From Candidatus Moraniibacteriota bacterium (GTDB taxonomy: Bacteria; Patescibacteriota; Minisyncoccia; Moranbacterales; UBA1568), in contig CP064989.1 of NCBI GenBank assembly GCA_016699875.1, positions 10,631-74,630 of the forward strand: 64,000 nt of DNA, in the 5' to 3' direction. Made by a program: the position numbers and the translations under genes. The notes beneath the pieces were generated by a model. It searched no databases. It saw only the letters and a list, made by a program, of their open reading frames with translations, and was not told the DNA's origin. Positions 1 through 9,290 of this stretch are shown in pieces. Position 1 is the stretch's first letter, and each line of letters begins with the position of its first letter.

Positions 1-339
1 AAAACCGATCCGCTCTTGTTGGGACTTGTATCGCCGTTTCGTGCGTTCACAGGACACAAAGAGGCATGTGAGTCGGTGCCGGAAGGCGCGACGCTCTTGG
101 CGACATCGCCGACATGTCCGGTGCAGATGATTCGCGTGAAGCGCTCTGTATACGCGACGCAGTTTCATCCGGAGCTTGATCCGAAAGGTATTTGCGTGCG
201 TGTGGATGCGTACCGGCACCACGGTTACTTCGCACCCGAAGAGGCGGAGTCTCTCAAAGAGCGATGCCTCACCGAACAAGTAGTAGTTCCAATGGAAATT
301 CTTCGCCGTTTTGTCGAGCGGGCACGACAACTCTCGTAG
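1..339 (+). CDS. Class I glutamine amidotransferase-like protein, C-terminal fragment (5' end outside window)
   Basis: Open frame runs from position 1. Contains the '(Y)ATQFHPE' motif typical of the GATase-1 His/Glu region, followed by a C-terminal extension. No start codon inside the window. Confidence 0.45.
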   Translation, partial: KTDPLLLGLVSPFRAFTGHKEACESVPEGATLLATSPTCPVQMIRVKRSVYATQFHPELDPKGICVRVDAYRHHGYFAPEEAESLKERCLTEQVVVPMEILRRFVERARQLS

Positions 340-355
340 AGGGGTCTTGCAAAAT

Positions 356-3300
356 TCACGGCGTCCTCGGGTGAGAGAGCGCGGTGTGAAGATAGGGTGC
401 GGCCGGCCGAGGGAAGGGTTCTTTATCGATTGGCGGGATACCCTCATCAAGCACAAAGAGGGAATTTTGGACCAGGGGATGCGATTCGAAGAGACGGCTC
501 AAGAGTCGGTTGGAGAGGCAATTGCCGATCGCGGCAAGAATCATTCCTTGGTGGTGACTCATAAACATGTTGACCGGCGACCCGTGTCGTGAACGGTGGA
601 AGTCGATTGCTTCAATATAGCCATAGACGCCCCGGCCGCCATAGGTGGCGTAGGCGGCAAGATTCTTGAGTGTGGCGCGAGGGAAAGAGGATATCGACAT
701 GGCGATTCCATAAGCGGAGACGACGGAACGATCGTCAGCGGAAGGCGAGAGGGAGAGTGCGGGAAGTCCGAATGGTTTGTAGCGGAAGTTTCCGCCGCGG
801 TCGAGTTCGGCGTATCCGGATTCCGAGAGTCCCCATGCGGGGATATTTTTTTTCTTTGCGGAGTAGCGATTCATGAGGATGGCCGTTTGTATACTTCGGC
901 CAACCAGTGAATCTTTGTGTTCTTCAAGGAAAAGCGCTGGCATGAGGTATTCGAAGAGCGTGCCTGTCCAGGAAATGAGCGCGGGACCGGTACGGAGCGG
1001 TAAGACAGTGCGGTTCAATTTGTTCCATCCGCGGAAAGAGAGAGTGCCTTCGGCGAGTGCGAGCAGATTGGCGATTCGCGCCTCAGAGGCAAGCGTCTGG
1101 TAAAATCGATTTTCGAGGCGTTTTGTGGGCACGTGAAATCCGATAGAGATAAGAGAACGTTTGTTGGAGCGAAGAAAATCGAAACGCATTTCGGAAATGA
1201 TACTATCGAGTTTTCGTATGAGGTCAGAGTGCGAATTGTCTGTGTGTCCAGCAGTATTCGAAGAGACATTGGTTTGTTTGTTTGAGAGATGATATTGATA
1301 TTCGGAGATCGTGTCGCGCAGTTGTTCTCGAAGGAGTGCGAGTGTGTCGCGCACTTCTTCCGGGAGAGATTTTGGAATGGCGATATCGATCAGCGAAGTC
1401 TCGATGATTCGGAGTTGTTCAAATAAGCTCGATTCTTCATGGTTGAGCGGCAGGGTGTCAATCCGCGAGATGACTGTTTCCCAAATATCCGAGAACGATT
1501 GCATATCGAGCGTCTTCGGGATACGATCCCGGATAAGCTGCGCCATTGAATGAAGCCCTTTCTCGGTACGGTGAACAGACAACGTGGTTGTCTCATGCGC
1601 GAGCCATTGCCTTGTGACGATGAGTGCGGCACAGAGATTGCCGCTGTCAACGCTCGAGATAAAGAGTGGCGGTGCGGGGAGCGCTGTCTTCGTATGATAC
1701 CAGTTGTAAAAATGTCCCTGATAGCGCTCCATGCGTTCCAGTGAAGTGCATGTGCGCTCCAGTGAAGCATATGCTTTCTTTGTGGAGATAAATCCAAGCC
1801 GGTGCGCCACCAAAACCGATGTGAGGAAGAATCCTATATTGGTGATAGAGGTATACTCGGCCGTCTTCGGTGTAGGGCTGATTCGTATATAATCCGGCGG
1901 GAGGAAATGCGTTTCAGGTCCGACGGTTTGTTCAAAGAAACTCCAAGTTTCGAGCGCGTCTCGGCGGAGACCGTCTTCTTCCTGGCGCGAGAAATCATGC
2001 GCTTGCTTGTATGGTTTATTGAGTAGGAAGACGAGAATGGGAATACCGGTCCAGAGTACGAGCAGGAGTGCAAAGAGCGGATGTATGTTTCCCTCCGTAT
2101 GGAAATTCAACAGCACGATAAGCAGTGTGATACAGGGAAAGAGAAGTGGTATGCGCCCGGCTGGGTTTTCGAAATGCGCCGACGGCACCCACTCAAGCAT
2201 GTTCTTCTTGCTGATGAATCGACGGGAAATTGCCGTGATGATGGCATGCGTTGTATCAAGAGCGGCATAGGGGAGAGTGATGCACTCGAATGCTGCTTGC
2301 CGGCAAAGTCGGAAGCTCCGTGTTGCCGTACGCTTGAGTCGATACCCGATATGTTTCCATTTTCCGGTGAGCAGTTGATAACTCCAGCGGACCCAGTCGA
2401 TACACATATCGAGCAAGAAGAGATCGAGGAGAAATATGCTCCAGGCAAAAAGTAACAGGTGAGGATTGCCGACAATCCATGAGAGCACAGTGATGAGGAA
2501 TACGGCCGGGCGGAAGAGGCTTTGCAGGAGATTATCGGCAATTTTGAATCGATGAACAAATGCGAGTGTATTCTTGCGGACTCTGCCGGATTCGTCTCGC
2601 ACGGTCGGTGTGAGCCAATCGAGTATTTGCCAGTCGCCACGCGTCCAGCGGTGATTTCTTGCCAGCATGGCGCGGAGAGATTTTGGAAATTCATCAAAAA
2701 CATCAATATCCGCGGCATAGGCGGTTCGCGCGAGCGAACCTTCGAGCAGATCATGGCTCAGTATTTGGTCGGTTGGAAGCGCTCCGTCAAGCGCGGAGAG
2801 AAAAGCGTCTATATGAAAGGATCCCTTGCCGGCATAGCTTCCCTCAAGGAATATGTCCTGGTATATCTCCGGAAAAGTGGTGGAGTACGCGCTGAAGCGT
2901 TTTTCATCGAAGAAGATGCGAGGAAGGCGAAATCGGTGTCGATTCTTGAACCACTGTTTGACATGCGGCTGGATGAAAGTATAGCCGCGTATCAGCTCGC
3001 CGTTCGTATTAAGAATTGGCTTTTGGAGCGGATGCGAATGAATACCGAGCATGTCTTTGATGAAGTCCCGAGTAATAAAAGCGTCTTCATCAAGGGTGAT
3101 GATAAATTCCGCATGTGGAAGTCTCTTGGCGGATATGAAGAATGGCGATGAAGTTGCTTGCCCGCGAAGCGCTCTGGCGAAGTCAAGAAGCTTGCCGCGC
3201 TTGCGTTCCCATCCCATCCAGTGTCCCTGTCGGTTGGACCATGCGCGAGACCGAATAACGAAAGCAAACCGGTCTGTCTCGCCATAACGCTGATTGAGTT

Positions 3301-5521
3301 CGCGAAAGGCGTCTTTTGTTTCTTGGAGAAGCGAGGCGTCCTCCGGCATCGTCTCGCTTGCGGCATCGGTGTAGTCGAGCAAAAGATAGTATGAAATCGC
3401 ACTGGTTGTATTGCTGAGATAGGCGGTTTCGAGTTTGCCAAGGAGTGCGGAAAGGGTGTGTCGGTCTTTGAGAAGTGCGGGGATAACGAAGACAGCCGAG
3501 GCGGATTCGGGAATTCGCCGCCGAAAATTGAGACGAGGGAGGAATGTCGGCGGGACAACTCCGACAAACAGGCTGTCTATGAGATGTTTCGACGCCTTGT
3601 AGAGAATGGGGAAGGCGATGATCATGAGAAATCGGTAGTGGAGATAAAACACGGCAAAGACGCTCGCCGTGAAAAGAGAGAGTGAGAATATGAATCCGAA
3701 ATAGGCAACACGTAGTGCGGGAAGTTTTCGACGATCGTGATACCAATGCCACCAGGACATGTGCGTGCTGCCGGTCAATCGCTTGAGGAGCGCTGGAAGT
3801 CCGTCATCGACAAGATAAAACCCGACATGGCGCTGCGGGTCGCTGCTGTCTTTGTGTTCCTCGGCGAGGGCGAGGGCGGCTCGCGTGAATGTTTCTTCGG
3901 AAAGTCGGAGCGTCTTTGCTATCGAAGCCGCTTTCTTTCGGTACATCTCTTGGGAAAGTGAGGTCATCTGTTCGTAGATATCGGCAGGGTCTCGAACAAG
4001 GAGTCGGTGAAGGGCATTGGTTTTCCGGAGGAGCGCATTCCACTCGAATTCTCCCAGGAGGGGGAGCGAACGAAGCAAAACGCGAACCCTAGTGGCAAGT
4101 TCGCGTAAACTTTTTGCTTCGGCAGTCCTTGAAAACGATTTTACCGGTCGCTCCTCGTTTTTCTTGGAAGATGTCTCGCGGAATCGAGAGAGGGGATACA
4201 CTTCCTTGGAACGGCATTCTTCAAACGCATCGGCGAAAGCGTCGGCACAGAGAGGCCCGCGCTTTCTCCGAAGCGTATCGAGTAGCGTGTGATAGCGGGA
4301 GGAATTTGGCCCGAATTTATTGAAGTGTTTTCGCGCCAGTGCGCGAGATTTTTCGACATCGGACAGTCGAATGGCGACGGTTGAAAGCTTATCAAGCGAA
4401 AGAAGTCGCAGGATCGGTGAGATCGCTTCTGTCTCGGCGAGTGAGAGTGAAAAAGCGGCGGACTCTTGCCAGTCATTGAGCGTGCTGGCCAGTGTCTCTT
4501 CCGAGAAGCGGAAGGCTGTTTTTTCAACATACCCATTGAGGAGATATGTTGCGGCTATAAGGTTGGCAGGTGCCGTTTCATCGAAAGATACTTTGGAAAG
4601 CGTTGCCTCGAGCGAGCGGAACTCCGCCGCGATAGCCGCATGCTTCTTGAGAAGCCACCGCGTTGCGAGCAGGAGAGTGTCGGGAGGAATTGAAAGCGAA
4701 GACGTACCGGTATCTTCTCGAGATCGATTAAGCCAGGAAGTGTGCTTTTGGTAGGGGGTGTAGAAAGAAGAGAAACGCCGGTGGATTTCCCGCACTTTCC
4801 GCGAGAGATGTCTCTCGATGACACGCTGCCCCCGTCGAAGCGAGAGACTGGAAATAGCGGTTTCCATGTGTTCTAACCACTTTTCAGTAGGGATTTCCGG
4901 ATGATAGTGTTGCCTAAAAAGGCGGGAAAGTAACATAGAGACGAAGAAATACCAGGGGAATACTAAGCAGAGTATAGCAGGAAAGAAGGAAAAATGGCTA
5001 TACTGCGGTCTCGGATGCGAGCCCCTTTCAAAAGCAGGGGATATGGTGTACAGTATGGAACGTTTGATGGGGTTCGGAGAGTTTAAAACGCGAGTTGAGA
5101 GGATATCCGTTTGCATTATCATATGGAGCTGTCGGCATCTCATAAAAAACCTTTTGTAAAGGTATGCGTGCATCGGGATTGTTGCGAGAAGGGATCGGAT
5201 CGTCTCTATGCGAAGCTCTCGCATGAAGTCTCGTCTGATGAGGCGGATATTCAGAAAACCGAGGACTGCTTTCGATTTTGCAAAAAAGGGCCGAATATCG
5301 CCGTTGATGGCAATGTCTTGCACCATATGAATGAGCGAAATGTGGTATCGCGCGTTCGATCTGAGATTCGGCGTCCTTCTTTCAAAAAGGACGGCATTGG
5401 CACGCGCCCCATAGATGAACTCGACGATGTGCTTGACAATATCGGTGTATAGTCTGTTGTTTGTTGTCCGGAGGATGTTCTTGGTATTGTTTTCCATTGA
5501 AACGTGATATACTAATCGCAA
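356..5521 (-). CDS. Cyclic beta-1,2-glucan synthase-like giant membrane protein (GT84-like glycosyltransferase + GH94-like domain)
   Basis: Single 1721-aa ORF. 'ITLDEDAF' (DXD-like) and 'NHRWTRGDWQ' (QxxRW-like) motifs sit between hydrophobic segments. Downstream are 'GHFYNWYHT', 'EYLMPALFLEE' and 'SESGY', which resemble the GH94 / cyclic glucan synthase (NdvB/Cgs) catalytic region. The start is uncertain; an alternative in-frame ATG lies 24 nt downstream. Confidence 0.6.
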   Translation of the reverse strand: MRLVYHVSMENNTKNILRTTNNRLYTDIVKHIVEFIYGARANAVLFERRTPNLRSNARYHISLIHMVQDIAINGDIRPFFAKSKAVLGFLNIRLIRRDFMRELRIETIRSLLATIPMHAYLYKRFFMRCRQLHMIMQTDILSTRVLNSPNPIKRSILYTISPAFERGSHPRPQYSHFSFFPAILCLVFPWYFFVSMLLSRLFRQHYHPEIPTEKWLEHMETAISSLSLRRGQRVIERHLSRKVREIHRRFSSFYTPYQKHTSWLNRSREDTGTSSLSIPPDTLLLATRWLLKKHAAIAAEFRSLEATLSKVSFDETAPANLIAATYLLNGYVEKTAFRFSEETLASTLNDWQESAAFSLSLAETEAISPILRLLSLDKLSTVAIRLSDVEKSRALARKHFNKFGPNSSRYHTLLDTLRRKRGPLCADAFADAFEECRSKEVYPLSRFRETSSKKNEERPVKSFSRTAEAKSLRELATRVRVLLRSLPLLGEFEWNALLRKTNALHRLLVRDPADIYEQMTSLSQEMYRKKAASIAKTLRLSEETFTRAALALAEEHKDSSDPQRHVGFYLVDDGLPALLKRLTGSTHMSWWHWYHDRRKLPALRVAYFGFIFSLSLFTASVFAVFYLHYRFLMIIAFPILYKASKHLIDSLFVGVVPPTFLPRLNFRRRIPESASAVFVIPALLKDRHTLSALLGKLETAYLSNTTSAISYYLLLDYTDAASETMPEDASLLQETKDAFRELNQRYGETDRFAFVIRSRAWSNRQGHWMGWERKRGKLLDFARALRGQATSSPFFISAKRLPHAEFIITLDEDAFITRDFIKDMLGIHSHPLQKPILNTNGELIRGYTFIQPHVKQWFKNRHRFRLPRIFFDEKRFSAYSTTFPEIYQDIFLEGSYAGKGSFHIDAFLSALDGALPTDQILSHDLLEGSLARTAYAADIDVFDEFPKSLRAMLARNHRWTRGDWQILDWLTPTVRDESGRVRKNTLAFVHRFKIADNLLQSLFRPAVFLITVLSWIVGNPHLLLFAWSIFLLDLFLLDMCIDWVRWSYQLLTGKWKHIGYRLKRTATRSFRLCRQAAFECITLPYAALDTTHAIITAISRRFISKKNMLEWVPSAHFENPAGRIPLLFPCITLLIVLLNFHTEGNIHPLFALLLVLWTGIPILVFLLNKPYKQAHDFSRQEEDGLRRDALETWSFFEQTVGPETHFLPPDYIRISPTPKTAEYTSITNIGFFLTSVLVAHRLGFISTKKAYASLERTCTSLERMERYQGHFYNWYHTKTALPAPPLFISSVDSGNLCAALIVTRQWLAHETTTLSVHRTEKGLHSMAQLIRDRIPKTLDMQSFSDIWETVISRIDTLPLNHEESSLFEQLRIIETSLIDIAIPKSLPEEVRDTLALLREQLRDTISEYQYHLSNKQTNVSSNTAGHTDNSHSDLIRKLDSIISEMRFDFLRSNKRSLISIGFHVPTKRLENRFYQTLASEARIANLLALAEGTLSFRGWNKLNRTVLPLRTGPALISWTGTLFEYLMPALFLEEHKDSLVGRSIQTAILMNRYSAKKKNIPAWGLSESGYAELDRGGNFRYKPFGLPALSLSPSADDRSVVSAYGIAMSISSFPRATLKNLAAYATYGGRGVYGYIEAIDFHRSRHGSPVNMFMSHHQGMILAAIGNCLSNRLLSRLFESHPLVQNSLFVLDEGIPPIDKEPFPRPAAPYLHTALSHPRTP

Positions 5522-5551
5522 TCGTTTGTTTTAATGATGGGTAACCGTACA

Positions 5552-5558
5552 AGGAGGG
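5552..5558 (+). promoter_or_regulatory. Shine-Dalgarno-like site (AAGGAGG) for the 5574 CDS. Lies in the 52-bp divergent gap between the giant gene and the small gene.
   Basis: 'caaggagggg' about 15 nt upstream of the ATG at 5574. Confidence 0.4.
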
Positions 5559-5573
5559 GTACACATCGCATGT

Positions 5574-6032
5574 ATGGCGGAAGAACCGGTGACGAATGAC
5601 GAATTGTCCGAAGAGGAGGATGTGCCTATGAAGAGTCTTGGGGATCGTGCGCGAGAGTTTCGAAACAGTCTTCAGAAAAGGTTTGCTGAGGGGAGCGCGT
5701 TGACGCTTGTTTTGTTGTTTGTGCTCGGATTGCTGTTTGGTGCGGCTGCGAAGGCCGTTGCATCGAGAAGTATTTTAATCGGATATTGGGACTATACTAT
5801 TACCCCCAAAGAACGGGCCGCTGTGAATTTGAATGCTCTCCAAGAAGAGCTGGCCGCTCGTCAGAAGGAGGCGGCGAAGCCGCAAAATGCGGAAGATGCG
5901 ACCGCATCGCAGCCGGAGGATTCCGGAGGCGAATCAGTCTCAGGCCAAAGCTCATCGGAAGAAGAGTTGCCGCCATTGCCACCAACGCCAGAACCGCCAG
6001 CTTCTCCATCTCCGGAGGCGGAAAAAGAATAA
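5574..6032 (+). CDS. Hypothetical single-pass membrane protein with an acidic N-terminus and a Pro/Ser/Glu-rich C-terminus
   Basis: 152-aa ORF with RBS. Contains one hydrophobic helix (LTLVLLFVLGLLFGAAA). The C-terminus is low complexity (PPLPPTPEPPASPSPEAEKE). Confidence 0.5.
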   Translation: MAEEPVTNDELSEEEDVPMKSLGDRAREFRNSLQKRFAEGSALTLVLLFVLGLLFGAAAKAVASRSILIGYWDYTITPKERAAVNLNALQEELAARQKEAAKPQNAEDATASQPEDSGGESVSGQSSSEEELPPLPPTPEPPASPSPEAEKE

Positions 6033-6073
6033 GATACGCCTCTTTTTTCAGTTTTCATTAATATCGGATACTA

Positions 6074-7218
6074 TGGATTTTCTGAATAAAAAAGAATCGA
6101 ATGAGAAGGATGATGATCTCGAGTTGTCGTTTCTTGGTGATACCTCAGAGGATGCCGGCGATATGCCGGAGGAAACAGATAAAAATCGCGAACTTACCAA
6201 GAAGGTAAAGAATCTTACGGCGCTTTTGGTAATTGTCGGCGGGCTCTTTGTCGGGAGTCTCTATGTGGATTTCTCGCAATTGTTCACGAAATCCGGATTT
6301 TCTTCGCGGGCACTGAAAACAACCGATGTGGTCACGGCAGCGGGAAAAACCTGGGTTGCCTATGATCAGCCGATTGTGCATGTAACGGTGCTTTCGGAAG
6401 AATCGTGCAAAGAGTGCCAGACCGATGAGGCGGTTGTCTGGCTTCGCCGGATTTTGCCAACCGTATCGGTTGAAATACTCGATGTTTCAAAGGATTCGAA
6501 GGCGAAGGACATGGCAAAAGCCGCCAATGTGACGGCGATACCCGCTTTTATTTTCTCCAAAGAAGTGGCGGAAGTCCCGGTATACGAGCAGGCGCAACAG
6601 CTTTTCACGCCACTCAACGACAAGGACGGCCGATATATGCTCGATACGGCACAGGTTGGTATTCCGGTGGGGAAGTATCTCGAATTGCCTGAGGTGAACG
6701 ATGCGGACATTCAGTCGGGCTCGAAGGATGCGCCGGTTCGTGTGGTGGAGTTTACCGATTTCCAGTGCCCCTACTGCAAAGCGTTCCACGCAACACTCCA
6801 AGATACGCTCAAAGAGTATGGAGACAAAGTACTCTATGTCTACAAGAACTACCCGCTTCCGATTCACGCGCAAGCGGAGAATGCCGCGCTTGCTGGCGAG
6901 TGTGCCAATGAGCAGGGAAAGTTCGTGGAGTATGCGGACAATCTTTTTAACAAACAAGACGAGTGGGGCAAGACAACCGGCGTGCAAAAATTCAAAGACT
7001 ATGCGCGGACACTCAAACTTGATACGACTCAGTTCAACACTTGCTTGGATGACAAGAAGTATCAGGACCAAGTGACTGCCAGTCTTGATGAGGGGAAGAA
7101 ATTTGGCATCAGCGGCACGCCGGGAACCTTTGTGAATGGCACCTTCTTGAATGGCGCCGTTCCTCAAAGCGATCTCAAAGCCGCTATCGACGCGGAGATT
7201 GCCAGTGCTTCGAAGTAG
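6074..7218 (+). CDS. Membrane-anchored thiol:disulfide oxidoreductase with tandem thioredoxin-fold (DsbA-like) domains
   Basis: Start trimmed to 'MDFLNKK'. The upstream Arg-rich extension is an out-of-frame shadow of the 5574 gene. Has an N-terminal TM helix. The first domain carries a CKEC motif and the second a canonical DsbA 'FQCPYCKAF' motif. Confidence 0.7.
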
Positions 7219-7339
7219 CTTGCGGCAGTCGTTTGCCTTTGGCTCTCGGGTCGTCCCGTTGCGGCGGGACGACCCTTGTCTTTTTCCTGTAAGCGAGATA
7301 CACTGAAATTCAGTTTTAGTGCTTCCATTAGGCACTTCC

Positions 7340-7410
7340 GGGCCTGTAGTAAAGTGGTATTACGCAGCATTCGCATTGCTGAGTCGGGAGTTCGATTCTC
7401 CCCAGGTCCA
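7340..7410 (+). tRNA. tRNA-Ala (anticodon CGC)
   Basis: Cloverleaf: acceptor GGGCCTG/CAGGTCC with the G3:U70 Ala identity pair, D-stem GTAA/TTAC, anticodon stem CAGCA/TGCTG with loop TTCGCAT, and T-arm GGGAG-TTCGATT-CTCCC. CCA is not encoded. Confidence 0.85.
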
Positions 7411-7418
7411 CAGCAATT

Positions 7419-8135
7419 ATGAATAGACCATATACAACCCTTTTTTTACTTGTTTCCGTAGACGGTAAGATTTCCACAGGTGATGTGGATGCTATGGATG
7501 TTGATAAGGACTATCCAGAGATTGAAGGTCTCAAAGAAGGTCTGAAACAATACTATGACCTAGAAATGGAGACAGATCTTTTTTCTTTTAATACGGGTCG
7601 GGTATTTGCAAAAGTTGGAGTAAATGAAAAAACGGATGAACCTGAAAAGTTACCAGTCAGTTTTGTTGTTCTAGATAACGAACCACACCTGATCGATAAA
7701 GGAGTTGTCTATCTTGCAAAGAAGACAAAAAACCTTATCATTGCTACTACTAATGAGGACCATCCTGCTTTTGCATTGAAAGATAGTTTTGAAAATATCC
7801 ACGTTCTAAAATATGAGAACAAAATAGATTTTCGCGACTTATTTGAAAAAATCAGAGAACAATTTGGTGCTGAGAGAATGACAATTCAATCAGGCGGTAC
7901 GCTCAATGCTACCTTAGTAAGGGAGGGGCTTATTGACCGAGTGTTATTGGTGGTTGCACCTGCTTTGGTTGGCGGGAAAGACACGGCGACCTTGATGGAC
8001 GGAGAATCTCTTCATAACACAAGCGATCTCGGGAAGATTGTTACATTGGAGTTGGCACAAGCAAAACCATTACAAAACTCATACTTGCTTCTAGAATATA
8101 AGGTGAGACCTAGAGAGTCCGAGCCTGCTCAATAG
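7419..8135 (+). CDS. RibD C-terminal domain-like (dihydrofolate-reductase-like) reductase
   Basis: 'LFLLVSVDGKIS', 'TLMDGESL' and 'LLLEYKV' fit the RibD_C/DHFR-like fold. Starts 9 nt after the tRNA. Markedly AT-rich compared with its surroundings. Confidence 0.6.
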   Translation: MNRPYTTLFLLVSVDGKISTGDVDAMDVDKDYPEIEGLKEGLKQYYDLEMETDLFSFNTGRVFAKVGVNEKTDEPEKLPVSFVVLDNEPHLIDKGVVYLAKKTKNLIIATTNEDHPAFALKDSFENIHVLKYENKIDFRDLFEKIREQFGAERMTIQSGGTLNATLVREGLIDRVLLVVAPALVGGKDTATLMDGESLHNTSDLGKIVTLELAQAKPLQNSYLLLEYKVRPRESEPAQ

Positions 8136-8247
8136 CTATCCCGAGTTCCTGCCAAGCCCGGAGTTCTGCTGTGATAGAGTTCCAACTGTGTAGGAGGTAG
8201 TCCCAAAGATATAAAAAAGATGCCCATACAAGCATCTTTTTTATATC

Positions 8248-8404
8248 TTTGTGGGATATTCTGAATGTAGCGCGGACCCATTTTGAGAAAAATTGCTGAC
8301 GCAATTTTGCCAAATCTCTGAAATCCGCTCGGGCGCGGCGGAAGGAGGGGGTTGGGGGGAGGAATTCCGCCGCGCCCTCGCTCCGAAAAAGTTTGCGCCG
8401 ACAA
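8248..8404. repeat. Left copy of a 157-bp near-perfect inverted repeat pair (partner at 10358-10514). Carries an internal 13-bp-stem hairpin.
   Basis: ORFs 8129-8416(-) and 10358-10597(+) translate to the same 53 residues with one A/V difference, so the DNA copies are reverse complements with one mismatch. Inside is the palindrome gggcgcggcggaa...ttccgccgcgccc with a G-rich loop on this strand (ggagggggttggggggagg). Confidence 0.85.
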
Positions 8405-8449
8405 TTGCAAAAACAAATTCGATTAAATCTTAGCTGAAATAATTTACTT

Positions 8450-9187
8450 GGCTCTAGACTATCAGATTCACTCTGTATAGTCTGGAATTATGTATAACTA
8501 CGCCAAAATATCAACATACAAAATCGGAAAAATAATTTCACACTTTTGCGTTGATGTTACTGCTTCCAAAACCGCTGTCCTGTTGGACATGAATCGCAAT
8601 GCGATCAACCATTGGTATGGTATCTTTCGCAGAGCGATCTATGTTCATCAGACGAAAGAATGCAAGAAAATATTCGGTGAAGCAGAGCTAGATGAGAGTT
8701 ACTTTGGAGCTCGAAGAAAGCGCGGATACCATGGAAAACTCAAGCGAGGACGAGGAACATTCAAGCAACCGGTGTTTGGTATTCTGAAACGTAACGGACG
8801 GGTATACACTGAGATCATACCAAACTGTAAGAAAGCAACACTTTTGCCCATCATCAGGGGAAAAGTCGATCCATCGACGGTTATCTATTCCGATGGTTGG
8901 AGAGGATATGACGGACTGGTTGATGTAGGGTATGACAAACACTTCAGAATGAATCACGGTGAGAATGAGTTTGCCAAGAGAGGCACTGGAATTCACATCA
9001 ACGGGATTGAAAACTTCTGGAGCTTTACCAAACGAAGACTCTCAAAGTTCAATGGGGTCAAAACTCATTTTGAACTCCATCTCAAGGACTGCGAATGGCG
9101 GTATGGGAAGGAAGTCGCGGTACTTGAGACAGAGTTGAAAAGAATAGTTCGACGGTATTTGAATTGTTAAAGTGATAGTCTAGAGCC
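8450..9187 (+). mobile_element. IS1595-family insertion sequence (about 738 bp) with 15-bp perfect terminal inverted repeats GGCTCTAGACTATCA
   Basis: IRL at 8450-8464 and IRR at 9173-9187 (reverse complement). They bracket a single ISXO2-like DDE transposase ORF. No convincing target-site duplication was seen. Confidence 0.75.
8490..9170 (+). CDS. IS1595-family (ISXO2-like) DDE transposase
   Basis: 'DESYFGARRKRGYHGKLKRGRGTFKQPVFGILKRNGRVYTEIIPN', 'IYSDGWRGYDGL', 'HFRMNHGENEFAKRGTGIHINGIENFWSFTKRRL' and 'ELHLKDCEWRY' match the DDE_Tnp_IS1595 domain. No N-terminal zinc ribbon is present. Confidence 0.85.
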   Translation: MYNYAKISTYKIGKIISHFCVDVTASKTAVLLDMNRNAINHWYGIFRRAIYVHQTKECKKIFGEAELDESYFGARRKRGYHGKLKRGRGTFKQPVFGILKRNGRVYTEIIPNCKKATLLPIIRGKVDPSTVIYSDGWRGYDGLVDVGYDKHFRMNHGENEFAKRGTGIHINGIENFWSFTKRRLSKFNGVKTHFELHLKDCEWRYGKEVAVLETELKRIVRRYLNC

Positions 9188-9290
9188 TTTGTTTTTACAA
9201 TCAATCGTTCTTTGAATTTATGAAAAAGAAAAACGCACCAGAGGTCCGAAGACATGGCGCGTTGGTTGGGAAACGAGAGAAGTTGGCGGG

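Noticed and set aside
356-5521. Dozens of 60-215-aa ORFs on both strands inside the giant gene
   Set aside because: All are fully nested in a continuous 1721-codon frame with recognisable GT and GH motifs, so they are frame shadows.
5833-6073. Arg/Lys-rich N-terminal extension of the 5833-7218 ORF (MLSKKSWPLVRRRRRSRKMRK...)
   Set aside because: It is the out-of-frame translation of the acidic/Pro-rich 5574-6032 gene (GAA/GAG-rich DNA read in another frame) and overlaps it completely. The DsbA-like protein more plausibly starts at MDFLNKK (6074).
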